A DNA stretch of 64,000 bases from Azolla caroliniana (lineage: Eukaryota > Plantae > Polypodiophyta). Positions within the stretch are counted from its first letter, which is position 1, and each line of letters opens with the position of its first letter. Below the pieces are notes generated by a model that saw only the letters and a program-made list of their open reading frames with translations, had not been told where the DNA came from and did not search any database. The translations under genes were made by a program, and so were the position numbers. Below are positions 14,061-26,234 of the stretch, one piece after another. Location: positions 20,150,001 to 20,214,000 of the forward strand of contig JBHGNT010000015.1 of assembly GCA_043228905.1 (NCBI GenBank). The letters run 5' to 3'.

Positions 14061-14610
14061 ACTTTTTTGGTCGCATGTTTTTTTATTATCCAAATTGGAC
14101 GGTGCAGATCGCACGTGCCATGCTTCGAGCGACTTGCACTATCCGTGGCCGCAATTCCCTCACCAACCCTATTTATGATTTGGTGTTTAATAGACACATC
14201 GATGTTGCACCTATATCAATTTGTTAGGCGAGAGTGAAGACATTTATTTTGTTATCACTCTTTGCAATAACGTTAGAAAAAACAAGTATCTTGTGCAAGA
14301 CAAACTACATGTGTATATGACAACTCTTATAACATGTGCATATTTGAATGTTGTACTTTACATGCTTTATGAGGTTCATGACAAGCAATAAATAATACCA
14401 AGTGCAACAACGAAATGATCTAAGACCACGTAATATCACCTAAAATAATCTACGACTATATAGACACCATGAGATGTTTTTATTGCACATTGTTGAATGA
14501 AAAGGTTATTCAAGAAAAACATTCATATTTTTAACAAGGGAATATTGTGTCTACATAACTAGTAGAATATAATTATAATGCAAGCAAATACGCAAAATCT
14601 TTGATCATAC

Positions 14611-15786
14611 TGTGGTGTGCATGTATGCCTTTGTGCCACTCTTTTAGCACACCCTTTTTAGGATGCATGTACCTAAGTCGACCCACCCTTTTAGCATACC
14701 CTTTTAAGCTAAGCCAACCCAAATGGGTACCTTTGTATAAACTATAAATTGAGTAAGAAGTAAGAAGCTAACTAGACTGGTTTTGATCTCTTATGTGCAT
14801 TTCACATATTGGTGGAGATGCGGGGTACCAGTCCCCCACGTCCAAGCATCCACCTCTTCCCCCTCACCTTAGGTTGCCCACTAACTTCTTGTCCCACAAG
14901 TTTCCTCGATCCCCCTTCGACACGATAGCCCTCTTGTCCCCCACCTCAGCCAAGTCCAAGTGGCCCTCGGTCCACAAGAGTGATTGATCTCTATCCGCAT
15001 ATAGCCCTCATGTCCCCCACCTTAGCCAAGTCCAGGTGGCCCTCAATCCACATGAGCGATTGCTCTCTATCCGCCTATAACCCTCCTGTCCCCCACCTCA
15101 GCCAAGTCCAGGTGGCCCTCAGTCCACAGGAGTGATTGATCTTCGCCGCCATATGATCTTTCCTCAATCCCCCTCCAACACAATAGCCCTCCTGTCCCCC
15201 ACCTCAACAAAGTCCAGGTGACCCTCAGTCCACATGAGTGATTGATCTCTATTCGCCGATTGCTAGCTCATTTTCCGTAACTAGACCCGTCCAACTATCA
15301 AGGCCAACAATTCCACGGGGATGTCCTCAATGTCGTTGCAACTCAACTACGTGTTCGTGGATGTTTACATCCCCATGCCATCTTCACCGAACGCCTCAAC
15401 AAGACCCTCAAGCAGGAGGTTGTCGCACGAATCAACCCTTTTAGAGCACTCTATGGACGTGATCCTCACCTCCCACAAGAATCGTCCATTGACGTCCATT
15501 CCGAACCTGCCAACATGCCACCCTAGGCCCATCTTCTGACCCCCATGCTTTCCCCATGTTGTAAACCTCCTTGTTTCTCTCAGGGGGGAAATGTGGTGTG
15601 CATGTATGCCTTTGTGCCACTCTTTTAGCACACCCTTTTTAGGATGCATGTACCTAAGCCGACCCACCCTTTTAGCATACCCTTTAAGCTAAGCCAACCC
15701 AAATGGGTACCTTTGTATAAACTATAAATTGAGTAAGAAGTAAGAAGCTAACTAGACTGGTTTTGATCTCTTATGTGCATTTCACA
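14611..15786 (+). mobile_element. TRIM (miniature non-autonomous LTR retrotransposon)
   Basis: LTRs 14611-14806 and 15592-15786 (TG...CA; one substitution and one indel seen). PBS tggtggagatgcggggta at 14810-14827 is complementary to the plant tRNA-Ala 3' end. PPT aggggggaaa at 15582-15591. TSD atac/atac. Confidence 0.93.
14925..15257. repeat. About 76-bp repeat x4 in the TRIM internal region
   Basis: atagccctc.tgtcccccacctcagccaagtccaggtggccctcagtccaca.gagtgattgatctctat occurs three times in tandem and once after a spacer. Confidence 0.9.
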
Positions 15787-16444
15787 ATACACATACTTTA
15801 TTCATAAATGTGTCTTTTTTCCTTATCATAATAGATGAACACCATGGATAATCTTGGAGCTCTATATTTTAAGGTTTTGAAATAGAGGAAACTTTATTAC
15901 TCATGATAAATAAGTGGATATGTGATAACTAAACTTTTCTAATACACTCTAAAAGACAATGACTACTTATTAAGCCATTGCGTATAAAGAAGAGCAATGT
16001 ACCAAGTTCCAACCTACACAACAAGCAAACTATATGAAAATTCAAAATAGGCCACTACAAGATGTTGATAAAGGGCAAAAAATAATGCTTCTATGTGCTT
16101 CTTTATAGATTGTGGAAAACTTACGATTAGCTCCATTTTGAAACGCATGACGTCTAACATTTCCACAAGCTTCAAATTGTTTGTAAAACTATGGTTGTAA
16201 GCTCAAGCTCCATGACATACTCATTATAATTTTAGTTTCAAATCATGCACATTAGCACTTTGATGGTTTCAAAACACTCACATTTAAACTCGAGGCATAA
16301 CAATATAATGGTTGCAAACTTGTGGAACCTACGTTAACATTATTACAACAACATGGTTATAAAACTTGCGGACAGCGAAACATAGGCAGGAGGCTTGCAA
16401 CTTTGAAACTACAATTACAACAACATTAACATCATAAACTCTGG

Positions 16445-16655
16445 CGACATTCACATCATGAACAAAATTGTTGTATGAACCCTGTCCAATTCCAACCGAA
16501 TATTTAACGACATTCACATCACAAACAAAATAATTGTTGTATGAACCCTATCCAATTGGCATTGAAGAAGACGCCACAAATTAGTTGCAATTTCCAACAT
16601 AATACTTTATGACATTCACATCACAAACAAAATTGCTCTATGAACAATGTCCAAT
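16445..16655. repeat. Degenerate direct repeats x3
   Basis: gacattcacatca..aacaaaattgttgtatgaacc at about 16446, 16509 and 16611. Confidence 0.7.
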
Positions 16656-17559
16656 CAACATAAATTAGTTTCATCACACAGATGCAGAGTTGCAACTAGC
16701 ATTGCCGTAAACTCGTGAGCATGTAAGACGTGTTGTGATATCTCCCTGCGTAAATACCCTAGACCATAAACCCTTAATACGCGTAAATGAAGAATGCGTT
16801 CCAAGGTAAGTTGAATCGCAGTGACATTCCAACAAACATCGTGTGTTTACAAACTTGTGGACCACCAAGTGACCAAGAGGCATTCATTAAGAAAAAACAG
16901 AGCAAAAAATATATGATGTGTTCCATCCCATGCATATAACCCAAGCATTATTTACTCTGCCATGATTTTATCAGAACCATGATGGACATGCATTTCGTCT
17001 GATGTAATATCACATTTACTATATACAGAGTATCAAGGATTGCATCAATTTCTTTGTTTTGCTTACATAATTTCCTCAAGTATCTACTCATATACTTGCC
17101 TCTCTCTCTCAAGCATACATACATACATATATCATATATATATATATATATATATACAGATATGCATGTATCTTCATGGATATCTATTCCTGTGTATTAT
17201 GTGATGATATATCGATCCCAGAGGATCAAATAATCTGCCTCAAATTTGTTTGTCTGTTTTGTGTCTAGAACATATATTAACACAATACTTAATTTTACAA
17301 TCTATGGCTTCTCTTGCATGACTCATGTATTGAGTGAGAGGTGTTTCTTTTGTGAGGCGTATGAAGAGGCTTCCTTTATGGGTTATGTTCATGTTTATAA
17401 AAAAACAGAGTAAAATCATGGGTTATGTTCATATTTTAAAAAAAGCAGAGTAAAATCATAATTCCCTCAAGTATCTATTCATATACTTGGATCTCTCTCT
17501 ATATGTATATATAATTTATATATACATTTTATTTATTTAAATTTGCAATAACATACTAA

Positions 17560-20500
17560 ATGGCTCTTGCATCACTTAGAGTGGTGATTTTGGGTAGTTT
17601 TGCGTTTTTTGTGTTTTGGGTTCTTGCAGTGTTTCCTTCCTTCAAGCTTCTGCCGATCGGAAGAACTGCGGGAGCATTGTTGGCATCAGTTCTCACAGTG
17701 ATATTCGGAGTGTTAACTCCGTCCGAAGCATATGGATCGATAGACCTATCGATTCTCGGCCTTCTCTTCGGGACCATGGTAGTAAGTGTATACCTCCAAA
17801 AAGCCGATTTGTTCAAGTACTTAGGGCATTTGCTCTCATGGAATAGCAGAGGAGGGATGGACTTGCTATGTAGGGTTTGCTTGCTAAGTGCAATTTCTAG
17901 TGCACTCTTCACCAATGACACGTGTTGCGTGATCTTGACCGGGTTCGTCTTGAAGATTTGTAGGCAGAAGAATTTGCATCCAAAACCATTCCTCATCGCT
18001 CTTGCAACAAGTGCAAACATTGGGTCGGCCGCGACACCAATCGGAAACCCTCAAAACCTAGTGGTTGCCATCAAGAGCGGTGTCTCCTTCGGTACGTTCC
18101 TCATTGGCTTGCTTCCTTCGATGCTCGTGGGCATGTTCCTCAACACTTCCCTATTGCTTTTAGCTTTCGGGAAGCAACTTTCCTCCGAGGGTGTCAATGT
18201 CCGAGACTCAATGGTGATTCGATCAATCAATGGTGATCACCATGAGTTATCGAGCACCGTGGTTGGTATCAATGACCAGTTAAACAAGAGAGAAGATTTG
18301 ACTACTTCGATACCAAAGTTCCCTATTCGGAGGAGTACTAGTAGTTCCGAGAGATTGGACACGACTTTTGGTTCTAGCCCGGGTCTTGCAAAAGGCAAAA
18401 AACATATTGAGATAAGTCACAATAATGATATAGCTCACCTCGCCTCGTTGGATAATTATGACAAACTAAGCATCAAAATGGTACCACGATCTCATGTGGA
18501 CGGCAGTAGTACTTCATGTCACAATTCACATGAAGAATCATGTCCACAATTGACTAGATGTCTTCGATCTTCAAGTCTAGAAGTGGAATCCGACCAGAGT
18601 GTCCATCAAATGCAAGATAGGATTTGTAGCACTAAAGATCTCTCTCATTCTCAACATTTAGATTCAGTGATCAAAGAAAATCATGGGAGCAATGGTAACC
18701 AACTTGCATCATCATCATCATCATTGCCGAGCATCATGGTGGTCTCTTGTTCTCTGGATTCTACAGTGGCAATGGAAGCTACAAAGAAGGAATGGAAGAG
18801 AAAGTTACATAAATTGGCAGTGTATTTGGTGGCAGCAGGAATGCTTGCAGCATTGCTGTGTGGATTGGATTTATCATGGACAGCACTGACTGCATCAGTT
18901 ACTTTAATGGTTCTGGATTTCTGTGATGCCAGTTCAAATCTTCAAAAGGTAGTATACATGCACATGCATATATATGTATGCATGTATATTTCTATTTGTC
19001 ATTTATTTGATTGTGTGATAATGGTGATATGGTATCAGGTGTCCTATGTGCTTCAAAGGTATATGCATGTATATTTGTATTTGTCATTTATTTGATTGTG
19101 TGATAATGATGATATCATATATGGTATCAGGTATCATATGTGCTTCTCGTGTTCTTTGTCGGAATGTTCATTACTATTGATGGGTTCAATGAAACTGGTA
19201 TTCCGAGCACATTTTGGGAGCTCGTTGAACCCCATGCACGTACCAATACTGCAAACGGTGTCGTGGTCCTCTCGCTTGTTGTGATTATTTTGGCGAACGT
19301 GGCATCGAATGTTCCGACAGGTTAGTCATTTCAAATGTTTTGTATATGGATGAGGTCAACTAGGAATTAATGTCAATGAATGTCAATCCAAACTAATAGG
19401 AAGGAAACCTAAGCTGGAATATAATTAATCTGATATGTCCATTTTAGATTGGTTTATTATGCCCATTTTTATTGTACCAAAGGACTTAGGGTCAATTTTG
19501 CCACTTAAGGGTATGGTGATTGGTTTCGAATTTCAACCACCTAGGTCATGGTTACTCATCGCTTGTACATTCATTGAACTAATAAATCCAAAAAAATTTG
19601 ATGGTTTTATAATAAAGATATATCTATATACTATTAGCGTTATCACATTTATGGTTGTCAAGCTGCCAAATGATGAGCATTCTTTGGAAACCTAATGGTT
19701 CGTCGCAACATTCTCTTAAGACTCATGAAAGGGAGTCTCTATGTTTCATTTCTTGCCACCTCTTAGACATATTTCATTTTATTCTACGCGACTTTTCTCG
19801 TTGCATAGGCCACATGAAAATGAAACATGTATTTCATGATTGATATATGCATTTTGGGGAAACACAACTTGTAGGAGGTGAAGATTGCATAAAGTTTGTG
19901 AAGCAATGGTACTTTTTCAAAGGTTTTGATATTCATTAGTTGTTTCGTTAGATACGATATATTTATCTCTATAGTTTTTGTGTTCTATGTATCTTTTATT
20001 CCATTGTGCACATTGAAGGATGCAATTTTACTAAGTTCATCTTAAAGATACCGCAAATTTGAAATGGGTATTGATATCCAATAAGAGTCATAGTTTGAGA
20101 TCACAAATGAACATGTTGTAATAGAAATTTTATCTAGGGCTAGAATGTTCAATGGAGACGCATCCCATTCGAATTTACAATGCTCAAATTTGGCCTATGA
20201 GAAAAAATCCTACAACAATATTTATTTACGTGTTTATGTTAGACTTGGTAAGGACACCATTATTTGCATACAAAAGAGAATGTCTTGTTGATTCACACCA
20301 TGACACGGGAATTCATTTTTTATATTGTTACAATCTTGTTTTGGACATGACACATGTGTGTTGTATATTGTATAGTGTTATTGCTTGGATCACGTGTTGC
20401 TGAATCTGCAATCCATAGTGGGGCGAATGTGACAAGATCATGGCTAATCTTAGCATGGGTGAGCACAATTGCTGGAAATCTTACTTTGGTTGGGTCGGCA

Positions 20501-20638
20501 GCAAATCTCATCGTGAGTGAGGAAGCTATGAAGGCTCGATTCCTTGGTTATGAACTCACATTCTTCTCACATTTACTCTTTGGCTTCCCATCCACACTAC
20601 TTGTGGTTGCAGTTGGCCTTCCTCTTGTCAAGGGATGA
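17560..20638 (+). CDS. LSI2: Lsi2-like silicon/metalloid efflux transporter (ArsB/NhaD-type anion permease), about 613 aa
   Basis: Exons 17560-18948, 19131-19320 and 20376-20638. Motifs: [74 protein letters not shown]. Confidence 0.9.
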
Positions 20639-21299
20639 CAAACTAACTCCGTTTGTAGTTTCATTTCTACCCTCAGTGAAAAACTGACAAAGATAGGGGC
20701 CTTCACCATCAACGTGAGTAGGAATAAAGCAATATGAAAACCAACATGTATGGTCAAATATATAAAGCAAGAGCTGAGTGAGCCTCTTTTAGATAAACAA
20801 TTGCAACTTCATATGAACTCCAAAATTGAATGGAGTACAAAATACGACGACCTCTTTACAAATGGATATCACGGGGTTTTGATGAGCACAACTCATCAAT
20901 GTGCAAAATGATTCTTTTTTCTTAATCCAAAACTACACAAACTAATGATTGGGGTGGTTTTTGTTTTCAAAATCAAACATAAATGTGAAAGAAAGTGTTT
21001 TATCCATCTTATTTATGCTTATTTACAATTTCATTCTACACGTGCATGGGTGCATTTATATGTGCATGTAAGAGAGATTCATATCTATCACGCTCGACTT
21101 CAATATGATGTGGTGATTTTAAGCAATAAATTTGTTGACATTATAGTCGATCAAGTGTTCTCGGATGTATGAAGCCCTCATCATAGTGAAATTGATAAGA
21201 GCTAACTATACGTATATATTAGGCCATATCCCATTTATGTATGACGTCACATATCCCAAATATTATGGTAGGAATATTTTATTCCTATCTCAAAGGACA

Positions 21300-21780
21300 C
21301 TTTGGTATTCGAGTGTGTAAATGTTGGAAGGGACTTGTGGATTAGTTTTACATCAACTTTGATTCCTACAAGGCACAATTATGTGGAAAGGTAAACCTTA
21401 TTGTGTACTTGAATCTCGCTTAGTTACATCTTCTTTTGCATTTTGGAACAATAATAAGTTATGCTTTCTATGTTTGTATTTCTACATTTGGATTCACACC
21501 CAAGCTTTCACAATAATGTCTTGTATGTAATTCAAAAAGTAAACATAGTTGGTTTCCAAACCCACATAAATGCTATCAATATCTCACAAAATTTGTACAA
21601 CGAAAAAGGAAGATCATCGACTAGCCTTCTTTTGCCAATATATTGTGTTGCTACGAAACACGCCAATGATCAATCTTTTGCCTTCTTTTTGAAGGCAATG
21701 CCTTATATTATCCCACAGGCATTCGAAATTTGGGTATTCTAATAAAAGATTGTTTATTATTACTTTTTTGTCTATTCAAT
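21300..21780 (-). mobile_element. Highly degenerate Copia integrase-like remnant (tentative)
   Basis: Weak minus-strand peptide echoes of the W.EA..T..Y.LN integrase C-terminus, with many stops. Confidence 0.25.
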
Positions 21781-24289
21781 CAAATGTCCAAAAGAAATGG
21801 ACCAAAATCCACCAAATTAACTCTCAATAATCTTCAATTGTCCTTTGTTCTTATAGAGAGGTCGTAGAATGAGAAGGAAAGAATGTGTAGAGAGGGAAGA
21901 GTATTTTGAAAATTCAAATAAATGAGAGGAAATATATTTTATTATCATCCTCGACCGCCAATTATGACAATTGAGAGTAATGGTAAATATTTGTTAGTGT
22001 GAGGTAACTTGATAATTGACTTTTAATATACAAGAATCCCTATTAATGAAACCCACAATTCAGAGGGCAAATTGTGACTAACATATTATGTGTCTACGGT
22101 TAGGTTAGGGTTGACTATGTAATGAAAGTTGGGATTGAATGTGATTGATGGAGCATCATAGTAGTCTTGTGCATTGAGCTCATAAACTTGTTCAACACAA
22201 GACATGCATATTTGATTAATCTTCTCTCATGGTGCCCCTACTTCATTGATGTTCAGCTAAAGCTCTCACTATGGGTATTGGACCCAAATAATGTCTTACT
22301 CTTTTTTCCTTTCCATTCCTCCACTTGATTACACAGCATCTCTCATCATGAAACACACAAAGTTCATTGACACTCGCTATTCATTTACATGGACGAAGCG
22401 TAATCAAGGATGCCACCAATACTATGACACTCGCTCGCTCGCTCGTTCACTCACTCGTTCTCTCTCTATCTGCATATATTGACAGATTAAACCAAGCTTA
22501 TATTCATAGTGTGCAACAAAGATGACACATACTACAGTGGGCCGAGCACACAACATGAAACATGCCATGGACAATCACCTTGTTAATGTATCTAAGGTGC
22601 TCGCCAAATTGAATGCCTTTAGCCTATTTCTATGTTTGTTGGGTGTCTGATGGTGATTTGTAATGCTAGTTTTATAAATAAGCTTGTAAATAAGTGCATG
22701 AAATACCTAGGTTACTTAGCATATGTCACTGAAATTTAAGAATAGAAAGGAACCCTCATTAAAAGACCCAACAATTGGGAACTAAATGATTGTTACTAGA
22801 TTGTACTTCTTAAAGTCTAAACTATATAAACATTGTGAGAATGCTTGGAGAGATATAAAATCGAATACATTAATTTTGTCATTGCACTAGTTAAAAATTG
22901 CCTTGCCTTAGCTACCTCATCCCATTTCCATGTATCATTGTGTGAATATGCTCCAATTTTGTAGTACTTGTGATGTGACAACGATTGGGTTTTCAATGGT
23001 CATGGTTTTCCATCTCATATTCTTCTTTAGATAGGGCACCTTGTTGTTTTTTTGTAAGTGTGATTAAGTTGACATGTGACATCATGTGTGATTTGTGTGA
23101 ACTACCAACAAACCCCATAGGTGCACCCATGGGTATTTCACTATGTCAATATTGAATGCATAGTTGTGGGTTTCCACATAGTTTCAACTCTTTTTCATCC
23201 CCGTATGTTGGACAAATGTATATGCATATCCTCTCGCATCTTGAGAATGTTGTTTGATGATGCGTCATACCAATGTAAAAAAACTTTGAATGCTTTATCC
23301 ATGAACAAAGAGAGGAAATGTGGCAACTGCAAAAGAGAGGCAAGCCATGAAGATATTTGCATTCATGCGTGTGGTCTACTTTTAGCAATGGGCTAGCTTT
23401 TTGAGGTTGTTTTCAAAGAAGACAAAAATAGGAAGGAATGCATTATTAAGCTTCTCACTTGGAGAGCCATCATGGAATCAAGGGAAAGAGAAAAAACTAA
23501 AAGAAGGCCATAATCCACAATCATAAAGAGAGAAGACAAAGTTTAGAAGGTTATAAGCTAGAAACTCAAGATCTAGATTGAAAATCATTGAGTGTGTATG
23601 TGTGAGTGACACTAATTGATGTAAAATTATCACACGGGTGGTTGTGAGGTTTCAATCATCAAGCCTAGAAAGCCTTCAAGTAATTAGTAAAACAATTTAG
23701 GAGGCTACTCGTTGTGGTCCATTGAAGCCTACAAAATCTTTAAGGTCATTTCCATTTCAAGTTTTCCATTGTGTACAATATAGTAATTACTATGCTCCCT
23801 TTCTCTCTCTCTCTCTTGTGGTAAGTTGCTAGACTACTAATTTTCGGCATTGGGTTCTACTAGACCAAATATATTTTCCTTAATTTACTAGTCTGTGGAA
23901 TGCATGGCTTGAATGCGGGACTTTCTACTTTCCGTTGAACAACTCTATGCATGTAATTGCATTATTGTGCAATTTGACACTTTGGAATGTAGATATTTAA
24001 ACGTGTAACATTTTGCGCCATGGTGAACAACCAAAAGAAATATATTATCACACAATGTGTGGGAAGGGGGAGGTATATTGATGGTGTTTTAGAAAGTGTC
24101 AAGTAAATTTAAGTTGGTCTAGAAATCTATTAACAATCAAGACGTAGAGTAGTTGTTTGCAAAATGCAATTAAACGAACGAGATGTGATTGCCATAAAAT
24201 CAGTCAATTGAAATAGCCAAGCAATTCTAAGGAACAATGATGAAGATTGCTTGATATTGATGAGTGCATGTATATAGGTGAAGGTGGGC

Positions 24290-24363
24290 TAGTCCCGGCG
24301 GGGCTCGAACCCGCGACCTTCGGCTCATAAGACCAACGCTCTAACCAACTGAGCTACGGGACT
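24290..24363 (-). tRNA. trnI-UAU: tRNA-Ile(UAU), intronless
   Basis: Minus strand AGTCCCGTAGCTCAGTTGGTTAGAGCGTTGGTCTTATGAGCCGAAGGTCGCGGGTTCGAGCCCCGCCGGGACTA folds as a full cloverleaf with anticodon TAT and intact A and B boxes. Confidence 0.95.
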
Positions 24364-25723
24364 CATTGATATTGAACTTTCTTTAATAAGATATATTTTC
24401 TTCTAATACATTGACCCTTTATCCTTCTTTAATATCTCTTTACCTTTTATTTTATCCTTAACATGTTTAACAAACATAAAGGAAATGTATGTGGTGTATT
24501 CCCCCATGCTAAACGTACTTCGTTAATCAACCATTGTGCAAATATGGTAGAAAACCAAAAGATCAATGCAACAACTCATTGTATGAAATAAAATTGAAGC
24601 ACAAAGCTCCAACAAACACTTGTAGTGAATAAAAGATTGAAGGCTCTAGACATTGTGAGAATGATGGTGAATCACATATAACAATAGTTGGAACAACTCA
24701 CTATGACCGATAAACTAAAGAAATAAAGTCTAGCACGATGCCATTGTGGTTCAACTAGTGAAAAGAAATCAGTTTTTTTGGTTAACTCTATTGTTCAATC
24801 TCCATGCTTTGGACTGTTATGAGCTTCTATGGGTGAGCTGGAGTGTATCTATGTTATGAGCCCCATAGCCCTTCATCAAGTTCTATCGGTGGTGGTGGTT
24901 GAAAACACACATGTTCTCTTCTTCTTTTTGTAATACATTATAAATCTTACAAGAAACCTCAAAATGAGGTCAAATCTCACAAAAAATGAGTACTACAAAA
25001 TTGTCAATACACATGCAAAATCATCCACCCTCTTGTTTGGGAAAATGTTTTTGGTGATATCGAGGGTTGTTAAATCAAAGTGTTTTATGTGAGGTGATTT
25101 TCAAATAGTAGAGTTATGTAGCCTTCATTTTAATATTTAAATTTCCTTTATATATATTTGGATTGAAGATGATTAGTTGTAATAATGTCCATAACAAATC
25201 GGATTGCCCTCTTGGTGGGAATGACCCAATGTTTTTCAAAGGGAGTATTTATGTAAAATGAAACTTAATTGCTTTGGGTGAGTTTTTGAGATGCTTTTTA
25301 TGCAAAGTCTCATAGATTGAGAGATTAAGGTATACTAGAGACCAAAATCAACCTTTGAGACAAATCATGATTTTAAATATCGACATTGAAACCAAAATAA
25401 AAGTTGTTTATGCATTCAACACCTACATTTCCTAATGTCTAGTCATTAGTACACTAAGTGATATTTGACCCCTACGATATTGTTTGATAAGAAACTATGG
25501 CTTATCACTAAGGATGAAAAGAACAAGATGGAGAAATAATGTGGCTTATTATCACAATGACGAAAAAGACTCTCACATGAAGCAAAATGCAAATTTTTAA
25601 TTCGAAGGAACACTCAGAAAATATTTATAGACTTCCTTAAACCTTTTGTGTTTAGTCTACGTTGTAATATGCTGAAAACTCGGTTTAGGAAGTAGAGGTG
25701 AAAAACGATGTCTCATTTAGGTC

Positions 25724-25931
25724 CCAATCTCAGTTCAAGATTAAGAAAAAACTTGATTTAAATGAATATCTTGCTACCAATTTGCAAGCATACCAATGCT
25801 TTTTATATGCACAAAATGACATCATGTCCAATCTCAGTTCACGATTAAGAAAAAACTTGATTTAAATGAATATCTTGCTACCAATTTGCAAGCATACCAA
25901 TGCTTTTTATATGCACAAAATGACATCATGT
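25724..25931. repeat. Near-perfect tandem duplication, about 103 bp x2
   Basis: ccaatctcagttca.gattaagaaaaaacttgatttaaatg...aaaatgacatcatgt repeated head to tail. Confidence 0.9.
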
Positions 25932-26234
25932 ACAAATGTATGTTGTTTCGATGACAATTGTACAACAAGTTATGGGGGTAGTGTATGAGCATCCTTTTGT
26001 GAACTAAATCAATTTGAAATAACCTAAAAGAGCATTTCCTCAGGTCAAAAAGCACCCCATTCTTCATTTCAACCTGTCTACTGAGTCTCTAGTGCTCTCT
26101 TCACCATGTTGGGTTTTATTCCCTCTTCGTTTCCAATATTTCATGACTCGAGTAAACACACTCATGAGGTTAGTAGTTAGTTACCCATCTCAAATATATC
26201 TTGTTTCCTCAAAGAGAGTGAATGGCTAGTTTCG

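Larger units (their letters stand above)
11700..14176 (-). mobile_element. Degenerate Mutator-like (Ulp1-carrying) DNA transposon remnant; left boundary approximate
   Basis: Contains a Ulp1 protease fragment, aaaccctaa-rich duplicated blocks (about 13215 and 13540) and subterminal ttgggcgacc repeats. Its last ~85 bp are shared with 52010-52095. Confidence 0.5.

Noticed and set aside
17070-17500. Short duplications upstream of Lsi2 as cis-regulatory modules
   Set aside because: The duplications are real (about 40 bp), but no recognisable motif supports a function.
17556-18020. Antisense ORFs over Lsi2, PPR, gag and pol
   Set aside because: Shadow frames of real coding sequence with no independent motifs.
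24196-24289. Possible tRNA-snoRNA dicistron: the tRNA-Ile has no nearby T-run, and its ~90-nt trailer ends CTGA-TTTT (box D-like)
   Set aside because: There is no box C (RUGAUGA) on that strand; the TGATGA motifs lie on the opposite strand. A single CTGA is expected by chance.
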